Assembly: GCA_002269645.1 (NCBI GenBank)
Contig: NIVC01000302.1
Span: 440,303-504,302, forward strand
Direction: 5' to 3'
From: Macrostomum lignano
Taxonomy: Eukaryota
Length of the DNA: 64,000 nt
Shown in pieces: positions 1 to 12,100 of this stretch (position 1 is the first letter of the stretch; each line of letters begins with the position of its first letter). The notes under the pieces are model-generated. The model was not told where the DNA came from. It did not search any database and saw only the letters and a program-made list of their open reading frames with translations. Both the position numbers and the translations under genes were made by a program.

Positions 1-23
1 AAGCGATCAAGCAATGAGAGTTT

Positions 24-233
24 TTAACACACACAGTTACATGTACTTGTAACTTCCATGCACTTACACTGACTGCAGGACCAATGAAAGACAGTACCCT
101 GGAGTCCGCGGTACTCATTTAGGCTGACTGACGAACACCCTACTCTGTGCTGCCAGCAGCGTTGACAACCATCGCACTGAAAGCCATGTTGCTTCGGTCA
201 AACTTCTTTGTGACAAACTATGCATGGATACAT
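24..233 (-). pseudogene. PHD-finger coding relic with one in-frame stop
   Basis: Manual translation: MYPCIVCHKEV*PKQHGFQCDGCQRCWQHRVGCSSVSLNEYRGLQGTVFHWSCSQC. This has C4HC3-like spacing. The TGA at 198-200 falls where Arg (CGA) would fit. Confidence 0.65.
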
Positions 234-1559
234 ATAGCCTTCAGTAAGTGTTTATTTATCAGTTCACGATTCATCAACTCTCTAGTATAGAGTTTGCCCC
301 TGTTTATAAAGTTAAGCTGCAGTAAAAGCGTTGCAGGAGTGCTCAATATTCAGTGTAAGCACATGCATATACATATATCTCTGCTCTCATTCATGCAATA
401 TATACACATGTACATCATCGTGAGATATCACAAAACAATTATTTGACTGCCAACGATTTAGGTTATAAGAATACTTTAGAGTTTAGGTTATGGGTTAGAA
501 AGTAAGGTTTAGGATAGGTTCGGATTAGTTTCGTAGTCGATTCACGGCAGTCGAATAGCTGGTCCCCTATCTAGTCAAACTGCGGCTTGTCTTTTTGTCG
601 TATGATAGGCCTATGTAATAATCTCTCCATTTTTCAAAGTTGGCTTGCCCGCTTGGAAAACTCACAAATATTGCGGGCATGAAAACAGAACTGCATTTAC
701 TGTATTTAACCCGTTCATATTATAAGAGCCAGTCGTTCGTTTGCACCACTTGATTTAACACAAAAGAATCTCTAGCTAATTTTTCTTTCTATATGGTGTC
801 TTAATCATATAACCAAATATCACATAAGCTCAACAATAGCGACTAATTAGCCACTAAATAAGTCAATAATTTAACCAGGATTTGACTTTCTTCACTTTAG
901 GGCTTCACTGATTTTAATTTTTCATTAGAAGGGCTTTTCAGGCCATTGTGAGATTAGGCTATAGTTCAAAAACTTGTCATTTAACTGTTTCATAAATTTT
1001 CCGTTAATTTTTTAAGAAAATATACTAATGTTGCTCGAGCAAGTATATTTATGAGCTTTCATGCATCTTTTCCCCTTTTGTCTCTTGCACCACCTTCTAT
1101 TTGCATACATCAGCTATACACATATTGAGTTGTATTTATTCAGCATCATAAAAATTATCTAGACTAATCATATCGGCATAATTAAAAGCAAATTTACTTT
1201 AATTCTATAAGTACGAGTAGGAACTACGGATTGCGCTAGCATAGTATTTGCCGATCGCATCTCTCATCATTTTCGCATGAGCTTTATAGTAGTCAAGTGC
1301 TCATGAATATGAAGAGTATTTACTCAACGGATAATCTCACCATTTTTTCAAAGTTAGCATGCCCGTTTGGAAAACCAATGTTTGGTCAAGGACTATACTC
1401 AAGTAGAAGGACGGGAAACCGATCGTTTCTTGGAAAATTTTGGAGGCAGGTTTTTTCCGAAAAAAAACACTACGGAGATTAAGGGGTTTTCCTTTTTTCA
1501 GCACAAACAATTTATTGCTTTCGATAGGAGGCAAACCCAATGTTTATCTTTTGATATGT

Positions 1560-4330
1560 TGTGCCTTAATCACGTCGTGCCAAGAAGCGGATGAGTGCGC
1601 GACTGTGCTAACAGAAACACTAACCGCCGCTTTTGAGGCATCCTGCCCTTTAAAAGCCTATAAAGGGAAAAAATCTACGCCGTGGTGGAATCCCGAGCTC
1701 GGCAACCTTCGTCACAGAGATAAGAGACTCCACCGCAGAGCAACTAAAGCCAAGAGCTCAGCGGACCAAACCGCCGATCATGAAACAATCCATGAGTTTA
1801 AAAGGCAGGTCAGGAACGCGAAAGCTCAGAAATGGCGTCAATACTGTGAGGAGCTAGAGGACTCACGCCCCACCTCCAGAACTGTGAAAGCGCTTATATA
1901 CGCTGGACAAAATGTCTCAGCTTTCCTCTGTTAAGCGCACCGGCGGCACGTCCACGGACAACCCAGGCGAAACGCTTGATGCAATGCTCTCTGCGTTTTA
2001 CCCAACAAGCCGGTCAACCTGACCACTCCGGACGCGCTGGCTGCCTCTATCATCACGGAGAACCGCATCGTAATAGCGGCTAACTCCTTCAAACCTTTTA
2101 AGGCTCCAGTACCCGATTGTATTGTACCCGCCCTCCTAAGAGAGGCGGTTAAATGCCCATGGCTTCCTGAGTAAACTTTGCAGCCTTTTCGGGCGTGCAT
2201 CACCCTTGGTTATGTCCCACAGGCTTTGGACCGAGGCAAAGGTGATTTTTATCCCTAAGCCAGGCCGTCCGAACTACCATTCTATCAAATCCTTCAGACT
2301 GATCAGCCTCCAACCTCCAACCTCAACCTCCTCCCTGGTCAAGCTGATGGAGAGATTGGTGCTCTGGCGCCTCCTCTCTGTGGAGCTGAAGAACAAACCC
2401 TTCTGAGGAAACCAGCACGCTTTGCAGGCGGGTCGCTCCACTGAAATGAGAAAATGAATTAGAAAATGAAAATGAACTCAAATGAGAAAAATGCGCGACT
2501 CACTCTTTTATCTTCACGAAGCAGCGGCGAAGGCAGTAGGGGGGCTTCTCTCAACTTTGCTCTTCAGTTCTGGCTGGGTAACTTCTGAGTAACCGAGTAT
2601 AACTTCGGGTCTGATTGCAGTACTAGAACTTATGGCTGTGTCTTGCACAATTCAATCAAAATCTGTGTCCTGCACACATTTATATTTACGCTAGCTGGTT
2701 AAGCCCTGGGGTATCGCTACCCCAGGCCCAGCTAGCCAAAATTACGATCGTCTTATAGAAGTTAAAAAGTTGGGGTTGCGATTGGAGGGGGAAAGAACAC
2801 AAACCGATTGGCTGGACCACCAGCCAATCGCAGGGCGAGCGAGGGGGCGTACTGCCAGCCAAAACCGGCTGACCTAACAGACAGTGGGGTGGGTGCAACG
2901 GGGGGGGGGTTGACGCAGACAGAATGGGGTGGGTTGACGCAAACAGAATTGGGGGGTTGGCGCAGGCACGCGGCCGGGAGGGGTGGGAGTGCAGAGCCGG
3001 GCACACTTTGTCCGAGAGCCAGAGATTGCTCATCGGTGCAAGTGCACCCAGGCACAACACAAGCAATAGCCAAGAGGGCCCTCGCAGTTCTCGCGCTGCT
3101 GCGCAGGGCCGTCGGCACCACCTGGGGGCTCACCCCTAAGCGCCTCTGGTGGATCTACACTGCAATGGTTAAGCTCGCTGTCTCGTCCGGCGGCCTGATC
3201 TGGGCTAGCGCCCTGCAGATAAAGACCTGTCTAGAGGCCCTCAGGAGAGCGCAAGGGCGCTCATAATCATGATCATGAGCGCCCCTCCGTCTGCTCCTTA
3301 CGATGGCCTCAACGCCTTCCTCAACATTCCTCCGCTGGAAATCTTTGTCCGCAGGGAAGCGGCTAAGAATGCCCGCCGTCTAACTGACGCTGACATTCGT
3401 ATCCTGCCCCACAGGGCCATGGCTCCTGCCTCACGCCGACCTCTGCCTCAAAGACTTGAGAGACGGTGGCGGGCTCCACGTCTTATCTGACGGTGAACCC
3501 CGCACTCTCAACCTCTTTCAGCACTAAAAGGTCACCATCCCCTCTAGGGATGCTGCCACTGACCACTGGAATCTCCAGGAGGTCCATTGTTAAACAGACG
3601 GATCCATCAAAGACGGCCATGCTGGCTTTGGGGTCTGCATCATCATCAACGGCCGCGTCATTGTCACGCATGTCCAGCACACTGGTAGACTCTCCACGGT
3701 CTTCCAAGGGTACGAGAGGAGAGCTGAATGCCAAGAGGAGAGAGGAGAGAGGATAGCCAAGCAAACTTACATGCCCTTTGCCACACCACAACGAACTCCC
3801 AGACAGTCGCCGACTGCGCCCGGCAGCTCAGCCTTCTGGCCAGTAGCAATACATGTACTGTCAGACTGAAGTGGATCCCAGGGCACGCAGGGTTTCCGGG
3901 GAACGAGCTGGCAGACACCCTCGCCAAGAGGGGGGCTCTGGCTCTTTTCTTGGCCCTGCTCCCCTGATCCCTATCCCCTCTACGGTCATCAATCGTCAGA
4001 TCGATGACTGGGCTGACTCCCTCCACATGGGCGGGCACCCAAAACTGCCGGCAATCTCGTGCTGCGGTTCCGTGCCCCTCTCGCAGGCTCAGAAACGTCC
4101 TTCTGAAGCAAAATCGGAAGGATATTCGAGCCCTTGTCCATGACCCTTACCGGCCATGGCTACCTCTTCCGAGGCCACCTCGAGAGTGAACTTTGAAGAG
4201 TGAACGCTGCAGGACGGACCGGCGGGACCACCCTGACCGGCCCCGCGCCTCCTGCCTGTCTGCAGGGCCTTCAAGGGCTAGCGTAATGGGCGACCCTCGC
4301 CTCCCCGCTGTGTCTACGGACCACCCTGCA
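1560..4330 (+). mobile_element. Decayed, 5'-truncated non-LTR retrotransposon with RT and RNase H (LOA/R1-like)
   Basis: Frameshifted fragments in LINE order: PWWNPELGNLR (1440 ORF); WTEAKVIFIPKPGRPNYHSIKSFRLISL..KLMERLV (2206 ORF); QHALQAGRSTE (~2415-2445); RRAVGTTWGLTPKRLWWIY (2808 ORF); LNIPPLEIFVRREA (3269 ORF); RNase H motifs TDGS (~3535) and LKWIPGHAGFPGNELADTLAKRG (3728 ORF); LTGHGYL (~4145). Clade assignment is from motif recall. Confidence 0.85.
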
Positions 4331-5039
4331 GCTAAGTCAAGTCGAAGTGCCTCTTTTATAGCTCTATTGATATTCATAAAGTTTTCGTTTAGAAAATTAA
4401 GATTCTTGTTAATTGTTTTATTCTAAGTACATTCCCTGTACCTAAAAATCATAAAAATTTTATCATCTCTGTTACACATACTGCTACAGTCAGCTAAGAA
4501 TGACAAAATAGATCGTGTGCCTATCAAAACATGGCAAGGCGCAATTGCAACATCAAAAAGACATCATTTATAAACGTATCGCAAAAACAACATCTAATTA
4601 AATTTTATAACTTAGCTATCTGATGAGCCAAGTTGAGAATACTGCAATAAATTATTTTACAATCATACAAACATCAATCTACTCGCGTGCGTAAACCATT
4701 TTTTTCCTATGCAGGAAATGAAAATGCGAGTATCGTGCTAGAGCAAAAAATTTCCCCATTCGATTATTACAGTAATTCTATTATCTTATTAATAACTGCT
4801 ATTCACAATTATTAACAATGGAAGTGAATTAAGGCAAATGATAGCACATCCTATTCCTCTTGATTTGCATGAATGCTCTTCCTCAAAAAAAAACAATTTT
4901 AAGGACAAAAATAGCTTCGCGATTGAAGCGAGAGCAATGTTTTTAATATCAATGAAAAGTGCATATTTTTAATAAACGTTTGAATAAGGTTTCTTCTGTT
5001 TGACACAGAATGTGTGAAATCTGGTAACATCTTGTAACA

Positions 5040-5795
5040 TGTAATTTTGTGACAGCCTTGTTAATTCTGTGACAACCTTGTTAATTCTGTGACAACCTTG
5101 TTAATTCTGTGTGACAACCTTGTTAATCCTGTGTGACAACCTTGTTAATTCTGTGGGACAACCTTGTTAATTCTGTGTGACAACCTTGTTAATCCTGTGA
5201 GAAAACCTTGTTAATCCTGTGTGACAACCTTGTTAATTCTGTGTGACAACCTTGTTAATTCTGTGTGACAACCTTGTTAATTTTGTGTGACAACCTTGTT
5301 AATCCTGTGTGACAACCTTGTTAATTCTGTGTGACAACCTTGTTAATTCTGTGTGACAACCTTGTTAATCCTGTGTGACAACCTTGTTAACTCTGTGTGA
5401 CAACCTTGTTAATCCTGTGTGACAACCTTGTTAATTCTGTGACAACCTTATTAATTCTGTGTGACAACCTTGTTAATTCTGTGGGACAACCTTGTTAATT
5501 CTGTGTGACAACCTTGTTAATCCTGTGTGACAACCTTGTTAATTCTGTGGGACAACCTTGTTAATTTTGTGTGACAACCTTGTTAACTCTGTGTGATAAC
5601 CTTGTTAATCCTGTGTGACAACCTTGTTAACTCTGTGTGACAACCTTGTTAATTCTGTGGGACAACCTTGTTAATTTTGTGTGACAACCTTGTTAACTCT
5701 GTGTGATAACCTTGTTAATCCTGTGTGACAACCTTGTTAATTCTGTGTGACAACCTTGTTAATTCTGTGTGACAACCTTGTTAATTCTGTGTGAC
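5040..5795. repeat. 22-bp minisatellite (GTGTGACAACCTTGTTAATTCT)n
   Basis: Tandem units read directly. Confidence 0.95.
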
Positions 5796-6073
5796 AGTTT
5801 CGGAGTTCGGAAACTTTCTATTCCATTTGTCTACATGGCATCCAATACTACATTATTACATACCCAAGAATGCAGTATGCAGTATTTTTCTGTCCACAAA
5901 CCTTCCATAAGATTCCTCGGTGGCAAGCATGGAAGCACAGGAAGGCTGTGATTGGCTGTAAACCAGATGCTGCTACAGCTCTATAAATATTCGCGTGCTT
6001 GGGCGGCCTGAGCATCCAGACCCAGCTCAGAGCATTTTTGATCCATTAAATCCATTCAAGAGCTCTCGCAGTT

Positions 6074-8120
6074 ATGACTGCCAGATTGCATCGGAGATAC
6101 TCGCTTCTACAGTTAATTTACTTTCTCGTCGCCAGGGTTACAGTGAGCGGTGAGTATAGCGAGTTTAATTCCCATTAGGTACTCTTTTTACCCAAACAGC
6201 TAATGGAAGCTGCTTATCAGACTAGCGACATCACTGTCTGATCCCATCCCCTGGGTGGATTAATGGGTGTAGAATAAAGAACCCCATTATCCTGTCTACG
6301 CTTCACCCAGCCCGAGGAATCAAAGCTAAATTTGGGATTCTTGTGTTTTATGGTTCTCCCAGTCGCATCCCGGATTTCCGTACTGGGTCGCCTGAAAACA
6401 GTGGCCAAGTATCATCGCCAGTGATCCTCAGCTTCATCATGATCCAATGGTCCTTAGCTTCATCATGATCAATTGTCCTCAGCCTCATCATGATCCAATG
6501 GTCCTCAGCCTCATGATCCAATTGTTCTCAGCCTCATCATGATCCAATGGTCCTCAGCCTCATCATGATCCAATGGTCCTCAGCCTCATCATGATCCAAT
6601 GGTCCTCAGCCTCATCATGATCCAATGGTCCTCAGCCTCATCATGATCCAGTGGTCCTCAGCTTCATGATCCGATTGTCCTCAGCCTCATGATCCAATGG
6701 TCCTCAGCTTCATGATCCGATTGTCCTCAGCCTCATCATGATCCAATGGTCCTCAGCCTCATCATGATCCAGTGGTCCTCAGCCTCATCATGATCCAATG
6801 GTCCTCAGCCTCATCATGATCCAATGGTCCTCAGCCTCATCATGATCCAATGGTCCTCAGCCTCATCATGATCCAGTGGTCCTCAGCCTCATCATGATCC
6901 AGTGGTCCTCAGCCTCATCATGATCCGATTGTCCTCAGCCTCATCATGATCCGATTGTCCTCAGCCTCATCATGATCCAGTGGTCCTCAGCTTCATGATC
7001 CGATTGTCCTCAGCCTCGTGATCCAATGGTCCTCAGCTTCATCATGATCCAATTGTCCTCAGCCTCATCATGATCCAATGGTCCTCAGCCTCATGATCCA
7101 ATTGTTCTCAGCCTCATCATGATCCAATTGTCCTCAGCCTCATCATGATCCAATGGTCCTCAGCCTCATCATGATCCAGTGGTCCTCAGCTTCATGATCC
7201 AATTGTCCTCAGCCTCATGATCCAATGGTCCTCAGCTTCATGATCCAATTGTCCTCAGCAAAATGACCCCATAGTCGAGTGGATTTCGAATTCAGATAAC
7301 AAGCTAATCATTTTTAGCTTAGCATGCTAAAAGACTGTGTAACGGTGACTCGATATTTCAATGTTGTGAAGTTTCGAACTTTGAAATTTCGAGTTTATGA
7401 AATGCGCCCTCTTGCTGTGCAGCACGGTATTCCACTCTGGTGTGCGAAGGCGAATCGGCAAGCCTCACCTGCTCGACATCTCGGCGCATCGACATCGCCT
7501 ACGCGATGTACGGCAAATCAAGCGAGTTCAGCACCGACTGTGTGAAGGACACCAATACTGCTGATAACTGTTTGAGCTCTCAATCCTTGAGCTACGTCAA
7601 ATCTGTGTGCCAGAATCGATCAGCTTGCAGTGTGCTGGCCAGCAATGATCACTTTGGAGATCCCTGCCCGAGCAACTACAAGTACCTGTTTGTTAACTAC
7701 ACATGTGCACCTGGTGAGTCTCCCTGGCTATGATGATTGCTCATTATTCCCGTTTTTCTCTCAGTTTTAATTGTTATCTGCTCATCTCCTTCCCGTCTCC
7801 ACCCCCTCTCTCTATAACTCTCTACCCCTCTCTACCCCTCTCTACCCCTCTCTACCCCTCTCTACACCTCTCTACCCCTCTCTACCCATCTCTACCCCTC
7901 TCTAACCCTCTCTACCCCTCTCTACCCCTCTCTACCCCTCTCTACCCCTCTCTACCCCTCTCTACCCCTCTCTACCCCTCTCTACACCTCTCTACACCTC
8001 TCTACCCCTCTCTACCCCTCTCTACACCTCTCTACCCCTCTCTACCCAACTCCCTCCCTTCTCTATCCAACTCCCTCCCCTCTCTACCCCCTCTGCAACC
8101 ATGCTTCTGCAGTAACTTGA
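6074..8120 (+). CDS. Small secreted SUEL/rhamnose-binding (Gal_Lectin) lectin, about 124 aa
   Basis: Exons: 6074-6149 (signal-like MTARLHRRYSLLQLIYFLVARVTVS, donor G|GTGAGT, phase 1); 7423-7713 (8-Cys domain VCEGESASLTC..AMYGK..GDPCPSNYKYLFVNYTC, CAG|..|GTGAGT, phase 1-1); putative last exon 8113-8120 (CAG|TA ACT TGA). Total 375 nt, in frame. The domain exon is solid; the flanking exons are inferred. Confidence 0.75.
6424..7259. repeat. 26-bp minisatellite (CCTCAGCCTCATCATGATCCAATGGT)n in lectin intron 1
   Basis: Tandem units read directly. Confidence 0.95.
7806..8095. repeat. 10-bp repeat (CTCTACCCCT)n
   Basis: Tandem units read directly. Confidence 0.9.
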
Positions 8121-8555
8121 GTCTGTCTAAAGCAAAGGTAAGAATGGTAAGAAAAAAGTTGTAAACAAACTGGAATAATTATGCTTTTACCGCACGAAAA
8201 ATACCTGCATGCATCTTCGTTTTAAGAACCTTGTGATTAAAATGGAAAGTTTCAAATACACTGCAACAGGCAGCTAGTATAATTGACAAGACGGCAGTTC
8301 AGACGTCAAAAATATTGATGTTTTTCTATCGCATCTGTTAAATTTATTTCATAGTAATTCATCAAAGTCATTATAATAAAGTAGAAATAAACCACTAAGA
8401 ATCCAAAAATGGTTGTGGAATGTCTTTCTTGTGCTTTCAGAGGGTAGTCTGGCAAAAAGTAGAAAAACTCGGAAAGAATTTAGAAATGTCATTGATAACT
8501 TTTTATTAATCAACCAGAACATGCAGAGCTTTTAGTGAGGTCAAGCGACTCCTTA

Positions 8556-8872
8556 GCTAAGATTCTTAGGGGAGGGTCAGTGACCCCCTTGGAGTAGCTA
8601 AGAATCTTAGGGAGGGTCAGTGACCCCCTTTAGAGTAAACTAAGAATCTTAGAGGGACCAGTGACCCCCTTTGGAGTAAACTAAGAATCTTAGGGGAGGG
8701 TCAGTGACCCCTTGGAGTAGTTACGAATCTTAGGGGAGGGCCAGTGACCCCTTGGAGTAGTTACAAATCTCAGGGAGGGCCAGTGACCCCCTTGGAGAAG
8801 TTACAAATCTCAGGGAGGGCCAGTGACCCCTTGGAGTAGTTATGAATCTTAGGGGAGGGTCAGTGACCCCCA
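8556..8872. repeat. ~40-bp minisatellite (AAGAATCTTAGGGAGGGTCAGTGACCCC...)
   Basis: About 8 degenerate units. Confidence 0.85.
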
Positions 8873-9120
8873 TTTCGATTTCGCGGGCCAGACTCGCTGA
8901 GCTCACAATTATGAAGCTCAAATTAAAATTATTTTACAATATCCATACGCTTAAATAATTCGAAAACTATTCAAAAAGGTTAGATTAAAAAATTCGAGTA
9001 TTTTATAACGGCAAAAAGAAAACAGGAAAAGTACACAAAAACAGAAGCAAACGAAAAGATTCCTTCTGTCTGCACCTCTGCTTCATTTCTGTTCCTCTTT
9101 AAATAATCACATTTCTGCTT

Positions 9121-12100
9121 TCATTCCGTCTGCTCCGCTGGCTCTTCCGGAGGCGGCGGCGGGGTGCCGACAACCTGCGTCGGTTCCGCAGTTGCCGTCC
9201 CGTCCTCCTCGCCGTCGCCGTCGCCTTCGCCGCCGTCAGCCCCGTCAGCCGCCGCTGCCGCCGCCTCCTCGGGCACAGCTGGCAGATTCTGACTCACCCC
9301 TCGCCTCTTGTTCATGTCCAACGTGTGCCGGACAATGCTGACGCACACCACTAACCAGTTGAACAGGAATTCGGCCGGCTTCGACCCGTGCTTGCTGGCC
9401 ATGTTCTGCGGTACGTCTGTCAATTCATTTTATTGCTCTTTTTGAATGGCAAAGCATGAGAATCTGTTCTGTTACTAGCAATGCTACTAATAGTAAGCGG
9501 TAGCCGATTATGCATGGGAATGAAAACTAGGCTTCCAAAATTATTATTTAGTGCATTTTATATTAAGACCCTCGTACTCCTAGCCAAGCTTTCTGATTGG
9601 GTAGCTCTACCATTCCAGCTCTCTTATTGGCCAGATCCATTCTCTTTAGTTCTTCGCCCCACATTTAGGTTTGACTCTCTAAGCTCTCTGATTGGCTGGC
9701 TTTATCCCCTTACACACCCGCCCCATTCCTAGTTTTTAATTTTACCCTCCAAGCTTTCTAATTGGCTGGCTCTATCCCCGTACACACCCACCCCATTCCT
9801 AGCTTTTACTTTTACCCTCCAAGCTTTCTAATTGGCTGGCTCTATCCCGTTACTCACCCGCCCCACTCCTAGCTTTAATTTTACCTTCCAAGCTTTCTAA
9901 TTTTCTGGCTCTATCCCCTTACACATCCACCCCACTTTTACTCTCCAAGCTTTCTCATTGGTTGCACCATGTATAATATGTCATAAGCGTAATACGCTGT
10001 GCAGTACAAAAAACATGGGAAGTTTTAAAACAGCAAATACTTATACAGTAGTGCAAATCCGAAACAAATTGAATGTAATCACTCAGGATGTGCAGAGACT
10101 ATATGGGGAACAATTCGTGTCCAAATCCAAATGGTTGTTTTGTAACCGAGGTAAAAGCTGAATAAAAAACTTTCCTAATGATGTAATTCACCTGATATCA
10201 AAGACACGAGAGGTCGAGCTCTCCAATTGTCGTGGATTAATTCTGCAATTGCATTTATTTAAAAACTAGCATCTAATTCTTTTTTATCTACATGTAGCTA
10301 CATTGATTACTTGCTTTAAGTAGCGAGATGAAATAGAAGTTTGTTTATGTTGTCGAAAAAATAAAATGTTATTCAAGAAAACATCCCCATATGCTCAATA
10401 CTACTCAAATACCCAGAATCCCATGTTCTCAATGCTACTCGAATCCCCAGAATCCCATATGCTCAATGCTACTCAACTACCCAGAATCCCATATGCTCAA
10501 TGCTACTCAACTACCCAGAATCCCATGTTCTCAATGCTACTCAAATACCCAGAATCCCATATGCTCAATGATACTTAACTACCCAGAATCCCATATGCTC
10601 AATGCTACTCAAATATCCAGAATCCCATATGCTCAATGCTACTCAAATACCCAGAATCCCATATGCTCAATGCTACTCAAATACCCAGAATCCCATATGC
10701 TCAATGCTACTCAAATCCCCAGAATCCCATTAGCTCAATGCTACTCAAATACCCAGAATCCCATATGCTCAATGCTACTCAAATCCCCAGAATCCCATAC
10801 GCTCACCATTAAGACAGGCATCAATGAACTCCAGCGGCACGGCGGCGGGATCCTTCTGCGGATCGAACTCCATGACCATGCGGCCCAGGCTGATCTTCAC
10901 GTGTTTCTGGCAGTGCCGCCACTTGTCGAATTCGCCGGCCTTGGCCGCATCCGGATAGAACATCGCCAGCACGCCGCGGATGATGGTCAGCACTGTGCTC
11001 GGAGGCTCCTTGTAGCTGCGCAGCTCAGCGTACGCCTCCTTGCTGAGTCGGCCGACGTTCTCGCGCAGGTCCCGCAGCATGAAGCTGTCGAACAGGGCCT
11101 CGGCCGACATGCCGCCGGGTGCCAGAGCGCCGGCTTCGCCAAGCGCCTGTTTGATAATCTCGTCCTGGGTCAGCTGCAGCAGCCGGAGGATCTTCATCAC
11201 CTCTCGCTGGTCGGCCTCGGTCAGGAAGCGCAGCTTGCCCATGCTCAGGTCGATCACGGCGGTTGCCAAGCCGTTCAGATCACGCAGTGGCGTAGCCAGT
11301 CGGCGCTCGCCGTACGCGTCGGCAGTGAGCGACTCGGAGTTGTCTACGCACATGAACAGGTAGTCTCTGGCGAGAGTTAGGGGGATCGGTGAGGATTAGC
11401 TACCACTTTTAGCTTGTACTGCTGTCGAACTTCTATGCTCAAGTTTTGGAGTTTTGTGTCAATCTGGGATTCGCCGATGTCAGAATGGGATTCTTCATTG
11501 TTAGGTTGGGATTCCCCGATGTCAGTCTGGGATCCCCCGATGTCAGAATGGGATTCTTCATTGTTAGGTTGGGATTCCCCGATGTCAGACTGGGATTCCC
11601 CGATGTCAGACTGGGATTCCCCGATGTCAGACTGGGATTCCCCGATGTCAGACTGGGATTCCCCGATGTCAGACTGGGATTCCCCAATGTCAGACTGGGA
11701 TTCCTTGATGTCATCCGGGGATTCTTCGATGTCAGGTTGGGATTCCCCACTGTAAGATTTAGATTCTTCATTGTAAGTTTGGGATTCCCCTATGTCAGTC
11801 TGGGATTCCCCTATGTCAGTCTGGGATTTCCCGGTTCCCGGGTGTCAGTAAGGGATTCCCCGGTTCTCGGATGTCAGTCCGGGATTCCCCGGTTCTCGGA
11901 TATCAGTCTGGGATTCCCCACTGTCAGACTGAGATTCTCCTACGTCATATTGGGATTCCCCGATGTCAGGTTGGAGTTCTAGAGGTCAGGTTTTTCTTTA
12001 GGTGTCAGACTGAGATATCAGATGTTAAAACTTAATTGTCTGGTTTTCAAAACTATTTAGTTCTGATATATTTTCCCCAAGCCTCACCTGAACACATTCT

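Noticed and set aside
6190-6420. Weak SINE-like motifs in lectin intron 1, and a B-box-like GGAATCGAACCC near 23186
   Set aside because: Isolated motifs without a complete A/B-box plus body structure
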